In this document: one piece after another, positions 29,025-39,706 of the stretch
Layout of the letters: every line of letters begins with the position of its first letter
Position numbering within the stretch: position 1 is the first letter of the stretch
From: an uncultured Faecalibacterium sp.
GTDB lineage: Bacteria; Bacillota; Clostridia; Oscillospirales; Ruminococcaceae
NCBI GenBank assembly: GCA_900765105.1
Contig: CAAFQM010000126.1
Coordinates: forward strand, 122-64,121
Length of the DNA: 64,000 bases
Direction: 5' to 3'
Made by a program: the position numbers and the translations under genes
The notes under the pieces: model-generated
What the model was told of the DNA's origin: nothing
Seen by the model: only the letters and a program-made list of their open reading frames with translations
The model's database searches: none

Positions 29025-31318
29025 ATACTGTCAACAAGCCCTTCCGCAAAAAAGATGCCATGCAGCTGGTCACCGGCCAGCCAGTCTACATGGATGACGT
29101 GATCCCGGCGGACTGCCTGATCGTCAAGCTGCTGCGCTCACCTCATGCCAATGCGATCGTGAAGACCATCAATACGGCTGTGGCCAAAAAGGTGCCGGGC
29201 ATCGAAGCCATCTTCACCTGGGAGGATGTGCCGCAGGATGCGCCCCGCTACACCCAGGCAGGCCAGACCTTCCCGGAGGCAAGCCCCCGTGACCGACTGG
29301 TCATCGACCGCCACGTCCGTTTCGTGGGTGATGTGGTGGCCATTGTGGCCGGTAAGGACGAAAAGTGCGTGGACAAAGCGCTGAAGCTCATCAAGGTCGA
29401 GTATGAAGTGCTGGAAGCCGTGCTGGACTACCATGTCGCCAAGGATAACCCGGTTCTCGTCCATCCGGAGGACAACTGGGAAAGCTTGTGCCCGGTGGGA
29501 GCCGATAACAAGCGGAACCTTTGCGCCCACGACGAATGCGGCTCCGGAGACATCGACGCAGTGCTGGCGGGGTGCGATGTGGTGATCGACCATGTTTACC
29601 ACACCAAAGCCTGCCAGCAGGCCATGATGGAAACCTTCCGCACCTACTGCTCCATCGACACCTATGGCCGCCTGAATGTGCTCAGCTCCACCCAGATCGT
29701 GTTCCATGCGCGGCGCAACATTGCCAATGCCCTGCATATCCCCAAATCCATGGTGCGTGTTTCCAAGCCCCGCATCGGCGGCGGTTTTGGTGCCAAGCAG
29801 ACAGCGGTCAGCGAGGTATACCCCGCCTTTGTGACCTGGAAAACCAAAAAGCCCTCCAAGATCATTTTCAGCCGGGTGGAAAGCCAGACGGCCTCCTCTC
29901 CGCGCCACGAAATGGAAATGCATGTCCGGCTGGGTGCCACGAAGGACGGCATCGTGAAGGGCATCGACCTGTACACGCTGTCCAACACCGGTGCCTACGG
30001 CGAGCACGGCCCCACGACCGTGGGCCTGTCCGGCCACAAATCCATCCCGCTGTACGGCAAGGCTGAAGCCTTCCGCTTTGTCAGCGATGTGGTGTATACC
30101 AACCACATGTCTGCCGGTGCCTACCGCGGCTACGGTGCGACCCAGGGCCTGTTTGCTGTGGAATCTGCCGTGAACGAACTGGCCCACAAGCTGAACATGG
30201 ACCCCTTTGCCCTGCGCCTGAAGAACACGGTGCAGGAGGGCGATGTGATGCCTGCCTACTACGGTGCCGTGAACACCAGCTGTGCGCTGGACCGCTGTCT
30301 TGTCAAGGTGCGGGAGATGATCGACTGGGAGCACAAATACCCGGCCCGTGATCTGGGCAACGGCAAGGTGCGCGCCGTCGGCATGGGCATGGCCATGCAG
30401 GGCTCCGGTATTTCCGGCATGGACGTGGGCAGTGCGACCCTCAAGCTGAACGATGATGGATTCTACTCGCTGATCATCGGTGCAGCGGATATGGGCACCG
30501 GCTGTGACACCACGCTGGCGCAGATCGCCGCCGAAGTGCTGGACTGCCCGCTGGACAACATTGCGGTATTTGGTGCCGACACCGATACCTCTCCCTATGA
30601 CTCCGGTTCCTATGCATCCAGTACCACCTACGTTACCGGCAAGGCCACTGAGAAGTGTGCCATGAAGCTGCGGGAACAGATCTGCAAGCTGGGTGCCGAG
30701 CTGCTGGGCTGCCCGGCAGATGCTGTGGAGTTTGATGGCAAAGAAGTGTTTGAAAGCGCCGCCCCGGAAACGAAAAAGACCCTGTCCGAGATCGCCTATG
30801 CGTCTCAGTTCGGCCATATGGTCCCGCTGGAGGCCACCGAGACCCACACTTCGCCTCTGTCGCCGCCGCCGTACATGGTGGGTGCCGCAGAAGTGGAAGT
30901 GGACACCGAGACCGGCGAAGTGAAGCTGCTGGAGTTTGACGCCTGTGTGGACTGCGGCACGCCCATCAACCCGAATCTGACCCGTGTGCAGGCCGAGGGC
31001 GGCCTGCTGCAGGGTATCGGTATGACCCTGACCGAGAACGTCACTTACGACAAAAAAGGCTATCCGGAGGAAAATTCGCTGTTCCAGTACAAGATCCCGG
31101 CCCGCACGGATGTGGGCAGGATCCGGGTAGAATTTGAGAGCAGCTACGAGCCGAACGGCCCCTTCGGTGCCAAATCCATCGGTGAGGTGGTCATCAACAC
31201 CCCGCTGCCTGCCATCTCCGATGCCATCTACAATGCCATCGGCACCCGGTTCTATGAGCTGCCCATCACGCCGGAAAAGATTGCCATGGCCGTGGCCGCC
31301 CAAAAAGACGAAGAATGA
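29021..31318 (+). CDS. Xanthine dehydrogenase-family molybdopterin-binding subunit
   Basis: RSPHANA, IGGGFGAKQ, AYRGYG, DMGTG, SYASSTT, GAKSIGE (catalytic Glu). Confidence 0.93.
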   Translation: MNTVNKPFRKKDAMQLVTGQPVYMDDVIPADCLIVKLLRSPHANAIVKTINTAVAKKVPGIEAIFTWEDVPQDAPRYTQAGQTFPEASPRDRLVIDRHVRFVGDVVAIVAGKDEKCVDKALKLIKVEYEVLEAVLDYHVAKDNPVLVHPEDNWESLCPVGADNKRNLCAHDECGSGDIDAVLAGCDVVIDHVYHTKACQQAMMETFRTYCSIDTYGRLNVLSSTQIVFHARRNIANALHIPKSMVRVSKPRIGGGFGAKQTAVSEVYPAFVTWKTKKPSKIIFSRVESQTASSPRHEMEMHVRLGATKDGIVKGIDLYTLSNTGAYGEHGPTTVGLSGHKSIPLYGKAEAFRFVSDVVYTNHMSAGAYRGYGATQGLFAVESAVNELAHKLNMDPFALRLKNTVQEGDVMPAYYGAVNTSCALDRCLVKVREMIDWEHKYPARDLGNGKVRAVGMGMAMQGSGISGMDVGSATLKLNDDGFYSLIIGAADMGTGCDTTLAQIAAEVLDCPLDNIAVFGADTDTSPYDSGSYASSTTYVTGKATEKCAMKLREQICKLGAELLGCPADAVEFDGKEVFESAAPETKKTLSEIAYASQFGHMVPLEATETHTSPLSPPPYMVGAAEVEVDTETGEVKLLEFDACVDCGTPINPNLTRVQAEGGLLQGIGMTLTENVTYDKKGYPEENSLFQYKIPARTDVGRIRVEFESSYEPNGPFGAKSIGEVVINTPLPAISDAIYNAIGTRFYELPITPEKIAMAVAAQKDEE

Positions 31319-32022
31319 ATCTGGAAAGCTGCTTTCCGTTTCTGACGGAAAAAGGGCATGTCATCTCGCTGGTGGGCGGCGGCGGAAAAACGACCCTGAT
31401 GTATGCCATGGCATCCTGCTGCGCCCGCAAAGGCTGGAAAGTTCTGGTCACGACCACGACCCATATTATGATGCCGTCCGGCGGTGTCTGGGCAGAAAGT
31501 GATGCCACCCGTGATGCGCTATGGGCTGGCGGGAACTATGCCGTTGCCGGATCGCCCGCTCCGGAAGGTAAACTGGCCACTCCGCCTGCGCAGCTTCTAA
31601 GCCGCTGGATGAAGCTGGCCGACCTGACACTGATCGAAGCGGACGGAGCAAAACGGATGCCCTGCAAAGCCCCGGCTGCACACGAACCGGTGATTTTGCC
31701 GCAGTGTGATACGGTGCTGGCAGTGGCCGGGCTTTCGGCACTGGAAAGACCGCTCGGAGTCGTTTGTTTCCGGGCGGAACAGGCAGCTACTCTGCTGGGC
31801 GTCCCACAGGATACGATTCTGACACCGGAACTTCTTGCTGCATTACTGGCAAGCAGTCAGGGCGGGCGCAAGTTGGTAGGCAGCAGGGTGTTTTGCGCCG
31901 TACTCAATCAGGCGGACACACCGCAGCGTCTGCTGCTTGGAAAGCAGACGCTTGATATCCTGCAGGAACGCTATCAGATAACCGGCGTTCTGACACATTT
32001 TGAAGAGGGAGAACGCGCATGA
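31315..32022 (+). CDS. yqeC: Selenium cofactor biosynthesis protein YqeC
   Basis: [32 protein letters not shown]. Confidence 0.88.
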   Translation: MNLESCFPFLTEKGHVISLVGGGGKTTLMYAMASCCARKGWKVLVTTTTHIMMPSGGVWAESDATRDALWAGGNYAVAGSPAPEGKLATPPAQLLSRWMKLADLTLIEADGAKRMPCKAPAAHEPVILPQCDTVLAVAGLSALERPLGVVCFRAEQAATLLGVPQDTILTPELLAALLASSQGGRKLVGSRVFCAVLNQADTPQRLLLGKQTLDILQERYQITGVLTHFEEGERA

Positions 32023-33053
32023 ACAAAGAAGAAAAAATCGTGTTCTGCACCGGAGGCGGCTGCACGGCAAAGCTTGGAGCAGGCGTGCTGAGCCATATTC
32101 TGGAAAAGCTGCCCCGGGGCGAGAAAGACCCGAACCTTCTGGTGGGGTATGACAGCCGGGATGATGCAGCCGTCTACCGCATCACGGAAGACGTGGCGCT
32201 TGTGCAGACCGTGGACTTTTTTCCGCCGATGGTGGATGACCCCTATACCTTCGGGCAGATCGCGGCGGCCAACGCGCTGAGCGATGTCTACGCCATGGGC
32301 GGCGAGGTGAAAACAGCTCTGAATCTCGTTTGTTTCCCGGAAAGCATGGATTTGAACGTCCTGGGCGAGATCCTGCGCGGCGGTGCCGAAAAAGTAGCGG
32401 AAGCCGGCGGTGTTCTGGCGGGCGGGCACTCCATCGCAGACAGCGGCGTGAAATACGGTCTGTCCGTGACGGGGCTTGTAGACCCGAAGCATCTTTACGC
32501 CAACGATACCGGCTGCCCCGGCGATAAGCTGATTCTGACAAAGGCACTGGGCGTTGGGTTGATCTGCACGGCAAACCGTGTGGGCGAAGCAGCGCCAGAA
32601 CACATGGATGCTGCCATTGCTTCCATGACGATGCTGAACAAGACCGCCGCCGGGATCAGCCGCCACTACCCGGTGCACGCCGCTACCGATGTGACCGGAT
32701 TCAGCTTTCTGGGCCATCTGCACGAGATGATGGGCGGGAAGCTTTCCTGTATCGTCAATGCCCGCGCGGTGCCCGTGCTGCCGGGAGCGGAAAAGGCTGC
32801 GGATGATTTTCTGTATACGGCTGCCGGACAGCGCAACCGCAACCATACCGGCCCGTTTGTTACATTTGAAAATGTTCCTTTTGCCATGGAGGAAGTCCTG
32901 TTCGACCCGCAGACTTCCGGCGGGCTGCTTCTGGCCGTTGCGCCGGAAAGAGCTTCTGCGCTGGAAGCAGAACTGCAGTCAGCCGGTCTCCCGGCCCGGA
33001 TCGTGGGCGAGATCCTGCCCAAAGCGGAACAGGAAATTATTGTGAAATACTGA
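32019..33053 (+). CDS. selD: Selenophosphate synthetase (Cys form)
   Basis: [50 protein letters not shown]. Confidence 0.95.
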   Translation: MNKEEKIVFCTGGGCTAKLGAGVLSHILEKLPRGEKDPNLLVGYDSRDDAAVYRITEDVALVQTVDFFPPMVDDPYTFGQIAAANALSDVYAMGGEVKTALNLVCFPESMDLNVLGEILRGGAEKVAEAGGVLAGGHSIADSGVKYGLSVTGLVDPKHLYANDTGCPGDKLILTKALGVGLICTANRVGEAAPEHMDAAIASMTMLNKTAAGISRHYPVHAATDVTGFSFLGHLHEMMGGKLSCIVNARAVPVLPGAEKAADDFLYTAAGQRNRNHTGPFVTFENVPFAMEEVLFDPQTSGGLLLAVAPERASALEAELQSAGLPARIVGEILPKAEQEIIVKY

Positions 33054-33068
33054 AAGGAACCACCCAAA

Positions 33069-33677
33069 ATGATGATGAATGTTGATGCCCGCGGAGATGC
33101 ATGTCCGCTCCCCATTGTGAAAGCCAAAAAGGCTATTGCAGAGCTGAAAGGCGCTGGTCAGGTAGAAGTTCTGGTGGACAATGAGATCGCCGTGCAGAAC
33201 CTGACCAAAATGGCGCAGCAGAAAGGCTATCCGTACAGTGCCGAAAAGCTGGCTGAAAAAGATTACCGCGTGCTGTTCACCATCGGTGAAGCAGCTGCAG
33301 AATCCGCCGGGGAAGCGCCTGCCTGCATGCCGGACACCCGCACGGATACGGTAGTGGCCATCGGATCGGACAAAATGGGCATTGGTGCAGAAGAGCTTGG
33401 CAAGACCCTGCTCGAAGCCTTTGTCTTTGCACTGACCCAGCAGGATCAGCTGCCCAAGACCATTCTTTTCTACAATAGCGGCGCATCCCTGACCTGCGAA
33501 GGTTCCCCCATGCTGGAAGACCTGAAGGCACTGGAAGCACAGGGTGTGGAGATCATGACCTGCGGCACCTGTCTGAATTTCTACGGCCTGACCGAGAAAC
33601 TTGCCGTCGGTAGCGTGACCAATATGTATACGATCGTGGAAAAACTGACGCTGGCCGGCAACATGGTGAAACCATGA
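33069..33677 (+). CDS. yedF: Selenium metabolism protein YedF (TusA/SirA + DsrE-like domains)
   Basis: VDARGDACPLP; FYNSG, CGTCLNFYG, VTNMY. Confidence 0.88.
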   Translation: MMMNVDARGDACPLPIVKAKKAIAELKGAGQVEVLVDNEIAVQNLTKMAQQKGYPYSAEKLAEKDYRVLFTIGEAAAESAGEAPACMPDTRTDTVVAIGSDKMGIGAEELGKTLLEAFVFALTQQDQLPKTILFYNSGASLTCEGSPMLEDLKALEAQGVEIMTCGTCLNFYGLTEKLAVGSVTNMYTIVEKLTLAGNMVKP

Positions 33678-34813
33678 TCTATCTTGATAATGCGGCGACC
33701 ACCCTGCACAAGCCCCCTGAGGTGGAACAGGCAATGATGGATGCACTTCGTACAGCGGGCAACCCGGGGCGCGGTGCGCATGAACCGACTCTGCATGCAT
33801 CACGAATCGTTTTTCAGGCACGCTGTGCAATGGCAAAGCTGCTGAATGTGCCGGATCCTTCCTGCATTGCTTTTACTTCTAACGCCACGCAGGCGCTCAA
33901 TCTGGCTATCAGCGGTTTGTTCGGGCCGGGCGATCACATCATCACAACGGTCTGCGAACACAACTCTGTTCTGCGGCCGCTGTATCGTCTGCGGGAGCAG
34001 GGCACACGGCTGGATTTCATCGAAACAGATGCGGAAGGCCGGTTCTGCGATACGCAATGGGATGAGTATCTCCGGCCGGACACCCGCGCATTCGTCCTGA
34101 CCATGGCATCCAACGTCACCGGAAACGAGCCGGATCTTGCACAGGCAGCGCGGACAGCTCACCGGAATGGGATGCTTCTGGTCGTGGATGCATCCCAGAC
34201 GGCGGGAGCACAGCCCATCGATGTGCAGGCGATGGGGATCGATGTGCTGTGTTTTACCGGGCACAAAGCCCTTCTCGGCCCGCAGGGAACAGGCGGCATC
34301 TATGTGCGTCCCGGGCTTGCTCTCCGCCCGCTGATCGTAGGCGGCAGCGGCGTACAAAGCTTTCTGGAACATCACCCTACGCAGATGCCGACCGCACTGG
34401 AAGCGGGCACATTGAACGTTCCCGGGCTGGCTGGTCTGTGCGCCGGTGCGGAGTGGCTCCTTGCACAAGGAATTGAAAATCTGCAGAAGAAAGAAACGGC
34501 TCTCACCGAACTGTTTTACGAAAATGTCCGCACGATTCCGAACGCGAAAATTTACGGCGACCCGCTTGCAAAACGGCACGCGCCCATTGTATCCCTGAAC
34601 ATCGGCGGTGAGGACTCTGCCCGGATTGCGGATCTTCTGTGGGAAGACTACGGCATCTGCGTGCGTGCCGGTGCTCACTGCGCGCCGCTGATGCACAAAG
34701 CACTGGGAACCGCCGGGCAGGGTGCGGTGCGGTTCAGCTTTTCGCATTTCAACACCGAGCAGGAGGTTCTGCAGGCGGCACAGGCCGTGCGGGAACTGGC
34801 ACAGGAGGCTTGA
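33674..34813 (+). CDS. Cysteine desulfurase / selenocysteine lyase family (aminotransferase class V)
   Basis: IYLDNAATT, EHNSV, VDASQ, FTGHK, EAGT, VRAGAHCA. Confidence 0.9.
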   Translation: MIYLDNAATTLHKPPEVEQAMMDALRTAGNPGRGAHEPTLHASRIVFQARCAMAKLLNVPDPSCIAFTSNATQALNLAISGLFGPGDHIITTVCEHNSVLRPLYRLREQGTRLDFIETDAEGRFCDTQWDEYLRPDTRAFVLTMASNVTGNEPDLAQAARTAHRNGMLLVVDASQTAGAQPIDVQAMGIDVLCFTGHKALLGPQGTGGIYVRPGLALRPLIVGGSGVQSFLEHHPTQMPTALEAGTLNVPGLAGLCAGAEWLLAQGIENLQKKETALTELFYENVRTIPNAKIYGDPLAKRHAPIVSLNIGGEDSARIADLLWEDYGICVRAGAHCAPLMHKALGTAGQGAVRFSFSHFNTEQEVLQAAQAVRELAQEA

Positions 34814-35044
34814 ATGAGAGTACGACGGACTTATATCGTTCTTTCGTTCCGTACGACCATGGAAGCCATGGAATGGGAAAAGCAATGCATGGCACAGCAG
34901 GTGCCGGGCAGGCTGATCCCGCTCCCGCGGGAGATCTCGGCGGGCTGCGGCCTTGCATGGCGGATGCTGCCGGAAGAGTTCGAACTCTGGCAGCATCGGC
35001 TGGACAGAACCGGATACGACAAGGCCGCAGTGGTAGAACAATAA
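34814..35044 (+). CDS. DUF3343 small protein (putative Se/S carrier)
   Basis: F.TT.EAM...RLIPLPREISAGCGLA. Confidence 0.8.
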   Translation: MRVRRTYIVLSFRTTMEAMEWEKQCMAQQVPGRLIPLPREISAGCGLAWRMLPEEFELWQHRLDRTGYDKAAVVEQ

Positions 35045-35062
35045 AAGCAGGAGAATGATTGG

Positions 35063-36133
35063 ATGAACAGAATTCCGCTTCACCGGGTATTGCAGACAGA
35101 AAATCGGAACGACAGCTTTATACTGGCCTGTGTTCTGGAAGGAGACTTTGCCGGAGAACAGCTGCTTTTACGGAACGGGCAGCCTGTATGGCAGGCTGGA
35201 AGCGCCGGCTTTCTCCGGCAACACGCGGACGCGCTGAAAAGGATCACGGCGGCAGGCGTCTGCGAGATCGGCGGAGTCCGCGTTTTTGCAGAGCGGTTCG
35301 GAGCGGTACCGCAGCTTGTCATCTGCGGCGGAGGTCATGTAGCGATATCTGTAGTCCGGCTGGCAAAGCTGTTAGGACTTCCCGTTCTTGCTATAGATGA
35401 CCGCGAAGAATATGCGCAGATGCTGCGCGATGCCGGGGCGGACAAAGTTATCTGTCTGCCGTTTGAACAGGCACTGCAGCAGGTGCCCGGCGGAGAAGAA
35501 ACATATTTTGTGGTTGTGACCCGGGCACATGAATTTGATGTAACTTGCCTGCAGCAGATTTTGCAGAAGCCTGCCGCCTATGTCGGTATGATGGGCAGCC
35601 GCGGGCGGGCGCAGCTGGTACGCCGTCAGCTTTTGGAACAGGGGGTGGATGCGCAGCGCGTGGAAGCGCTGTATGCACCCATTGGCCTTTCCATCGGATC
35701 CCAGACGGCGGAAGAGATCGCACTGTCTATCATGGCACAGATCGTGTCCATCAAAAATCAGCGGACGCAGACCGAGGGCTTCTCGCCTGCATTGCTGGAC
35801 GCCCTGTGTACCGCAGATAAAGCAGGCCAGCCCGCTGTTCTTGCGACCATCATCGACCGCCATGGCTCCACCCCACGCGAAATCGGCGCAAAAATGCTGA
35901 TCCTTCCGGATGGTAAAACGACCGGAAGCGTGGGCGGTGGCATTATGGAACATCGTACCATCCTTGCTGCACAGGAAATGCTGGTGGAAAGCTCCCTGCA
36001 GCACAAGGTGGTTCGCTTTTCTGCAGACGGTAAGAACGCAGATGCCGCTGTGGCAGCCTGTGGAGGGTCTATGGAATTATTGTTGGAAAAAGTCATCCCC
36101 GGGGAGGTGTTCGGATGGAACAGGATGCATTGA
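35063..36133 (+). CDS. xdhC: XdhC/CoxI-family Moco insertion chaperone
   Basis: ICGGGHVA, DDR, VTRAH..D, YVGMMGSR, APIGL, GSTPR..GAKM. Confidence 0.88.
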   Translation: MNRIPLHRVLQTENRNDSFILACVLEGDFAGEQLLLRNGQPVWQAGSAGFLRQHADALKRITAAGVCEIGGVRVFAERFGAVPQLVICGGGHVAISVVRLAKLLGLPVLAIDDREEYAQMLRDAGADKVICLPFEQALQQVPGGEETYFVVVTRAHEFDVTCLQQILQKPAAYVGMMGSRGRAQLVRRQLLEQGVDAQRVEALYAPIGLSIGSQTAEEIALSIMAQIVSIKNQRTQTEGFSPALLDALCTADKAGQPAVLATIIDRHGSTPREIGAKMLILPDGKTTGSVGGGIMEHRTILAAQEMLVESSLQHKVVRFSADGKNADAAVAACGGSMELLLEKVIPGEVFGWNRMH

Positions 36134-36930
36134 TCCTTGTACGCGGTGGCGGAGACCTTGCGACCGGAACCATTCATCGTTTATGGTCGGCTGGTTTCCG
36201 TGTGCTGGTATTGGAAGCCGAGCACCCGGCGGCCATCCGGCGACAGGTCGCTTTGTGCGAAGCAGTCTATGAGGGGGAGACTACGGTAGAAGGACTGCGT
36301 GCCGTTCGTGTCGATTCGCTGGAGCAGTCCGAAGCGGTCTGGGCAGAAGATGCAGTTCCGGTTCTGGTGGATCCCTTCAGTGAAAGCATCCGGATCGCAA
36401 AACCGGAAGTGGTCGTGGATGCGATTCTGGCAAAAAAGAATCTTGGCACGACCCGGGAGATGGCTCCGCTGACGATCGCACTCGGCCCCGGGTTTACCGC
36501 TGGGGAAGATGTGGATGTTGTCATTGAGACCAAACGCGGGCATCGTCTGGGCAGGGTCATCCGGGAGGGAACAGCTATTCCCAATACCGGCATTCCCGGT
36601 GTCATTGCGGGGTTTGGCAAAGAGCGTGTGATTCACGCACAGGCCGAGGGCATATTTGAAGATGTGCGTCAGATCGGTGATCTGGTAGAAGCAGGAGAAA
36701 TCATTGCACAGATCCGGACACAGAACGGGACGAGCGTTCCTGTCACAACGCAGATCACAGGGATCCTGCGTGGACTTCTGCGCAGCGGATATCCGGTAAC
36801 ACCCGGTTTCAAGGTCGCGGACGTAGACCCGCGCAAAGAGGAACTTGCCAACTGTTTTTTGATTTCTGATAAGGCACGCTGCATTGCTGGCAGCGTGCTG
36901 GAACTTGTCTGTGCGCATCTTTTAAAGTAA
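36115..36930 (+). CDS. yqeB: Selenium-dependent molybdenum cofactor biosynthesis protein YqeB
   Basis: VRGGGDLATG, AIRRQVA, DAILAKKNLGT, LGPGF, ETKRGH.LGR, DVDPR, ISDKAR. Confidence 0.92.
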   Translation: MEQDALILVRGGGDLATGTIHRLWSAGFRVLVLEAEHPAAIRRQVALCEAVYEGETTVEGLRAVRVDSLEQSEAVWAEDAVPVLVDPFSESIRIAKPEVVVDAILAKKNLGTTREMAPLTIALGPGFTAGEDVDVVIETKRGHRLGRVIREGTAIPNTGIPGVIAGFGKERVIHAQAEGIFEDVRQIGDLVEAGEIIAQIRTQNGTSVPVTTQITGILRGLLRSGYPVTPGFKVADVDPRKEELANCFLISDKARCIAGSVLELVCAHLLK

Positions 36931-37158
36931 CACAGGAAAAAGTGATTTTCACAACAGCTTCTGCTTCCCGGCGGGAGATTCTCCCGGGAAAAGGGAGCTG
37001 CTTTTATTTGCAGATTCCGTATGATACCGTACCCAAAGAAGGATATGGAAAAACCGATGGAAGCACTCGGAAAATTTTGTGCAATTTTCATAGTTTTCTA
37101 ATTGGTGTTTTGGTGGTACAATAGGAGCATCAAACTAGGCCTTTTCGGGAGGGTATCC

Positions 37159-38118
37159 ATGGCAGAAAAGAACATTGAACTGGATAGTGTAGAGATCGCA
37201 GCTGCAGTTTTTGGCAACTGCGACCGGAACATCCGCCTGCTGGAAAAAGAGTTTTCGGTCACGGCAGTCTGCAGGGGAACACAACTCCGCCTTTCGGGCG
37301 AACCGGCAAATGTTGCTGCGGCAAACCGCGCAGTGGAGGGAATGCTCCTTCTGATCGAGAACCACACACCTCTGGAGGACCAGACCGTCCGCTATTGTAT
37401 CAGTCTGGCACACGACGGTGCAGAAAAGCGTGTAAAAGAGCTGACAGAAGACTTTGTAACGGTCACCGTAAAAGGCCGTCCTATCCGCCCCAAAACGCTG
37501 GGGCAGAAGGAATATCTGAATGCGATCCGCAGCAACGCCATCACCTTTGGTGTCGGTCCGGCAGGTACCGGCAAGACCTATCTGGCCGTCGCCATGGCAG
37601 TGAAAGCCTTCAAGGCAAAAGATGTTTCCCGCATTGTGCTGACCCGTCCGGCGGTGGAAGCAGGCGAAAAACTGGGCTTTCTGCCCGGTGACCTGCAGCA
37701 GAAGGTGGATCCGTACCTCCGGCCTTTGTACGACGGCCTGTTTGATATGCTGGGCGCAGAGACCTATGAGAGGCTTGTGGAAAAGCAGATCATTGAGGTT
37801 GCTCCGCTGGCCTATATGCGCGGCCGCACGCTGGACGATTCCTTCATCATTCTGGATGAGGCTCAGAATACCACGCCAGAGCAGATGAAGATGTTTCTGA
37901 CCCGCATGGGTGTCGGCTCCAAGGTGGTCGTTACGGGCGATGTGACCCAGATCGACCTGCCGGAGCGTGCCCGGAGCGGACTTGTGGATGCGCTGCATGT
38001 GCTGAAGAATGTCAATGGCATTGCGCAGTGCTATTTTACCGAAAAAGACGTTGTGCGCCATCGCCTTGTGCAGGAGATCATCAAGGCGTATGAAAGGGCA
38101 GCACATCCTGAAAAATAA
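37159..38118 (+). CDS. phoH: PhoH-family ATPase
   Basis: GPAGTGKT, RPAVEAGE.LGFLPGD, YMRGRTL, DEAQN, DVVRH. Confidence 0.95.
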   Translation: MAEKNIELDSVEIAAAVFGNCDRNIRLLEKEFSVTAVCRGTQLRLSGEPANVAAANRAVEGMLLLIENHTPLEDQTVRYCISLAHDGAEKRVKELTEDFVTVTVKGRPIRPKTLGQKEYLNAIRSNAITFGVGPAGTGKTYLAVAMAVKAFKAKDVSRIVLTRPAVEAGEKLGFLPGDLQQKVDPYLRPLYDGLFDMLGAETYERLVEKQIIEVAPLAYMRGRTLDDSFIILDEAQNTTPEQMKMFLTRMGVGSKVVVTGDVTQIDLPERARSGLVDALHVLKNVNGIAQCYFTEKDVVRHRLVQEIIKAYERAAHPEK

Positions 38119-38160
38119 AAAACAACGGAACGATAGAACAGAAAGGAGCGGACTTGCTAT

Positions 38161-38652
38161 ATGTCCAATAAAGTTCTGATCACCAATTCACAGAAGGCTG
38201 TCAAGGTGCCTTCCGGCCTTCGTATCCTGATTCGCCGTGCCTGCAATGCTGTGCTGGAATATGAGCACTTCGATGCGCCGGCAGAGATCAGTGTCACCTT
38301 TGTGGATAACGCCGCCATTGCCGAGCTGAACAATCAGTACCGCAACAAGCCGATGCCCACTGACGTGCTGAGCTTTCCTCTGGGCGAAAACGGCAAATAT
38401 GATATCGACGAAAATAACGGCTGCATGATGCTGGGCGATATCGTTATCAGCATGGAGCGCGCACTGGAGCAGGCAAACCTCTACGGCCATCCGCTGCAGC
38501 GGGAAGTCGCTTTTCTGACGGTGCATTCCATGCTGCATCTGCTGGGCTACGACCATGAGAACGGCGGTCTGGAAGCCATGCGGATGCGCGAAAAAGAGGA
38601 AGCCGTACTTCTGCAGCTCGGCCTGCCCCGCACGGTCAGCTATACCGAATAA
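38161..38652 (+). CDS. ybeY: rRNA maturation endoribonuclease YbeY
   Basis: PTDVLSF, LGDIVIS, HSMLHLLGYDH. Confidence 0.95.
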   Translation: MSNKVLITNSQKAVKVPSGLRILIRRACNAVLEYEHFDAPAEISVTFVDNAAIAELNNQYRNKPMPTDVLSFPLGENGKYDIDENNGCMMLGDIVISMERALEQANLYGHPLQREVAFLTVHSMLHLLGYDHENGGLEAMRMREKEEAVLLQLGLPRTVSYTE

Positions 38653-38698
38653 AATCACCTTGTGCAGATGAATGCACAGAACAGACAGGAGATCCAAT

Positions 38699-39634
38699 TT
38701 GAGTAACGCTACGCCCATTCAGGGCCACTATGATACCTCTTCCGTTTTTGTCGCCGTGATCGGCCGCCCCAATGTGGGCAAATCCAGCCTGACGAATCTT
38801 TTGGTGGGGGAAAAGGTGGCTATCGTCACCTCAAAGCCTCAGACGACCCGTACCCGCATTACCGGCGTTATCACCCGCGGCCCGCTGCAGTATGTCCTGC
38901 TGGATACCCCAGGCGTGCACAAGGCCCGCAACAAGCTGGGCAAACGGATGGATAAGACCGCCAGCGATTCCATTGCCGATGTGGATGTTTCCATGATGCT
39001 GTTCGAGCCGTATGGTGCTCTGAACGAATCAGAAATGGTACTGGTCGATATGCTCCGCAGCAGCGGTGGCCCGGCCATTGCCGTCATCAATAAGACAGAC
39101 CTTGTCAAGGAAGCTGCCGATCTGAAAGCCCGGAAAGAAGAGCTGAAGGCACTGGGGGTCTTTGATGATATCTACACCATCAGCGTCCGCGACAATGAAG
39201 GCTGTGAAGTTTTGTTTGACGCGCTGAGCCGTTATGCCGTGGAGGGCCCGCATTACTTCGATGATGATGCATATACGGATATGCCGGAAAAAGAACTTGT
39301 CGCCGAAGTAATCCGCGAGAAAGCTCTGCTTTTCATGCGGGACGAGATCCCGCACGGGATTGCTGTTGTGGTGGAGCGCTTCAAAGAGCGCCCCGGCACC
39401 GACCTGATCGATATCGATGTGAACATCTACTGCGAACGGGAAAGCCACAAGGGAATGGTCATCGGCAAAGGCGGTGCCATGCTCAAGAAGATCGCCAGCG
39501 CGGCCCGCGCCGACTGCGAAGAATTTCTGGGTTGCCGTGTCAACCTGCAGTGCTGGGTCAAGGTGAAATCGGACTGGCGTGACAACGAATTTTTGCTGAA
39601 TAATTTTGGCTTCAAGCAGAACCCGGGCAAGTAA
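38699..39634 (+). CDS. era: GTPase Era
   Basis: GRPNVGKS, KPQTTR, DTPG, NKTD, KH domain; TTG start after AGGAG assumed. Confidence 0.95.
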   Translation: MSNATPIQGHYDTSSVFVAVIGRPNVGKSSLTNLLVGEKVAIVTSKPQTTRTRITGVITRGPLQYVLLDTPGVHKARNKLGKRMDKTASDSIADVDVSMMLFEPYGALNESEMVLVDMLRSSGGPAIAVINKTDLVKEAADLKARKEELKALGVFDDIYTISVRDNEGCEVLFDALSRYAVEGPHYFDDDAYTDMPEKELVAEVIREKALLFMRDEIPHGIAVVVERFKERPGTDLIDIDVNIYCERESHKGMVIGKGGAMLKKIASAARADCEEFLGCRVNLQCWVKVKSDWRDNEFLLNNFGFKQNPGK

Positions 39635-39652
39635 GCAGGGCAGAGTTTCCTT

Positions 39653-39682
39653 GCATGAACGGGCAGTACAGATCGGATACTA
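39653..39682 (+). promoter_or_regulatory. Putative sigmaG/sigmaF-type promoter upstream of yqzL
   Basis: GCATG, 18 bp, GATACTA. Confidence 0.4.
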
Positions 39683-39706
39683 ACCCTGAAAAGAGGTGCT
39701 GCCTGG

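Noticed and set aside
32019..33053. Selenocysteine (UGA) recoding in selD or neighbouring genes
   Set aside because: The SelD N-terminal motif uses TGC Cys codons, the cluster ORFs look full length, and no selA/selB/selC occur in the window
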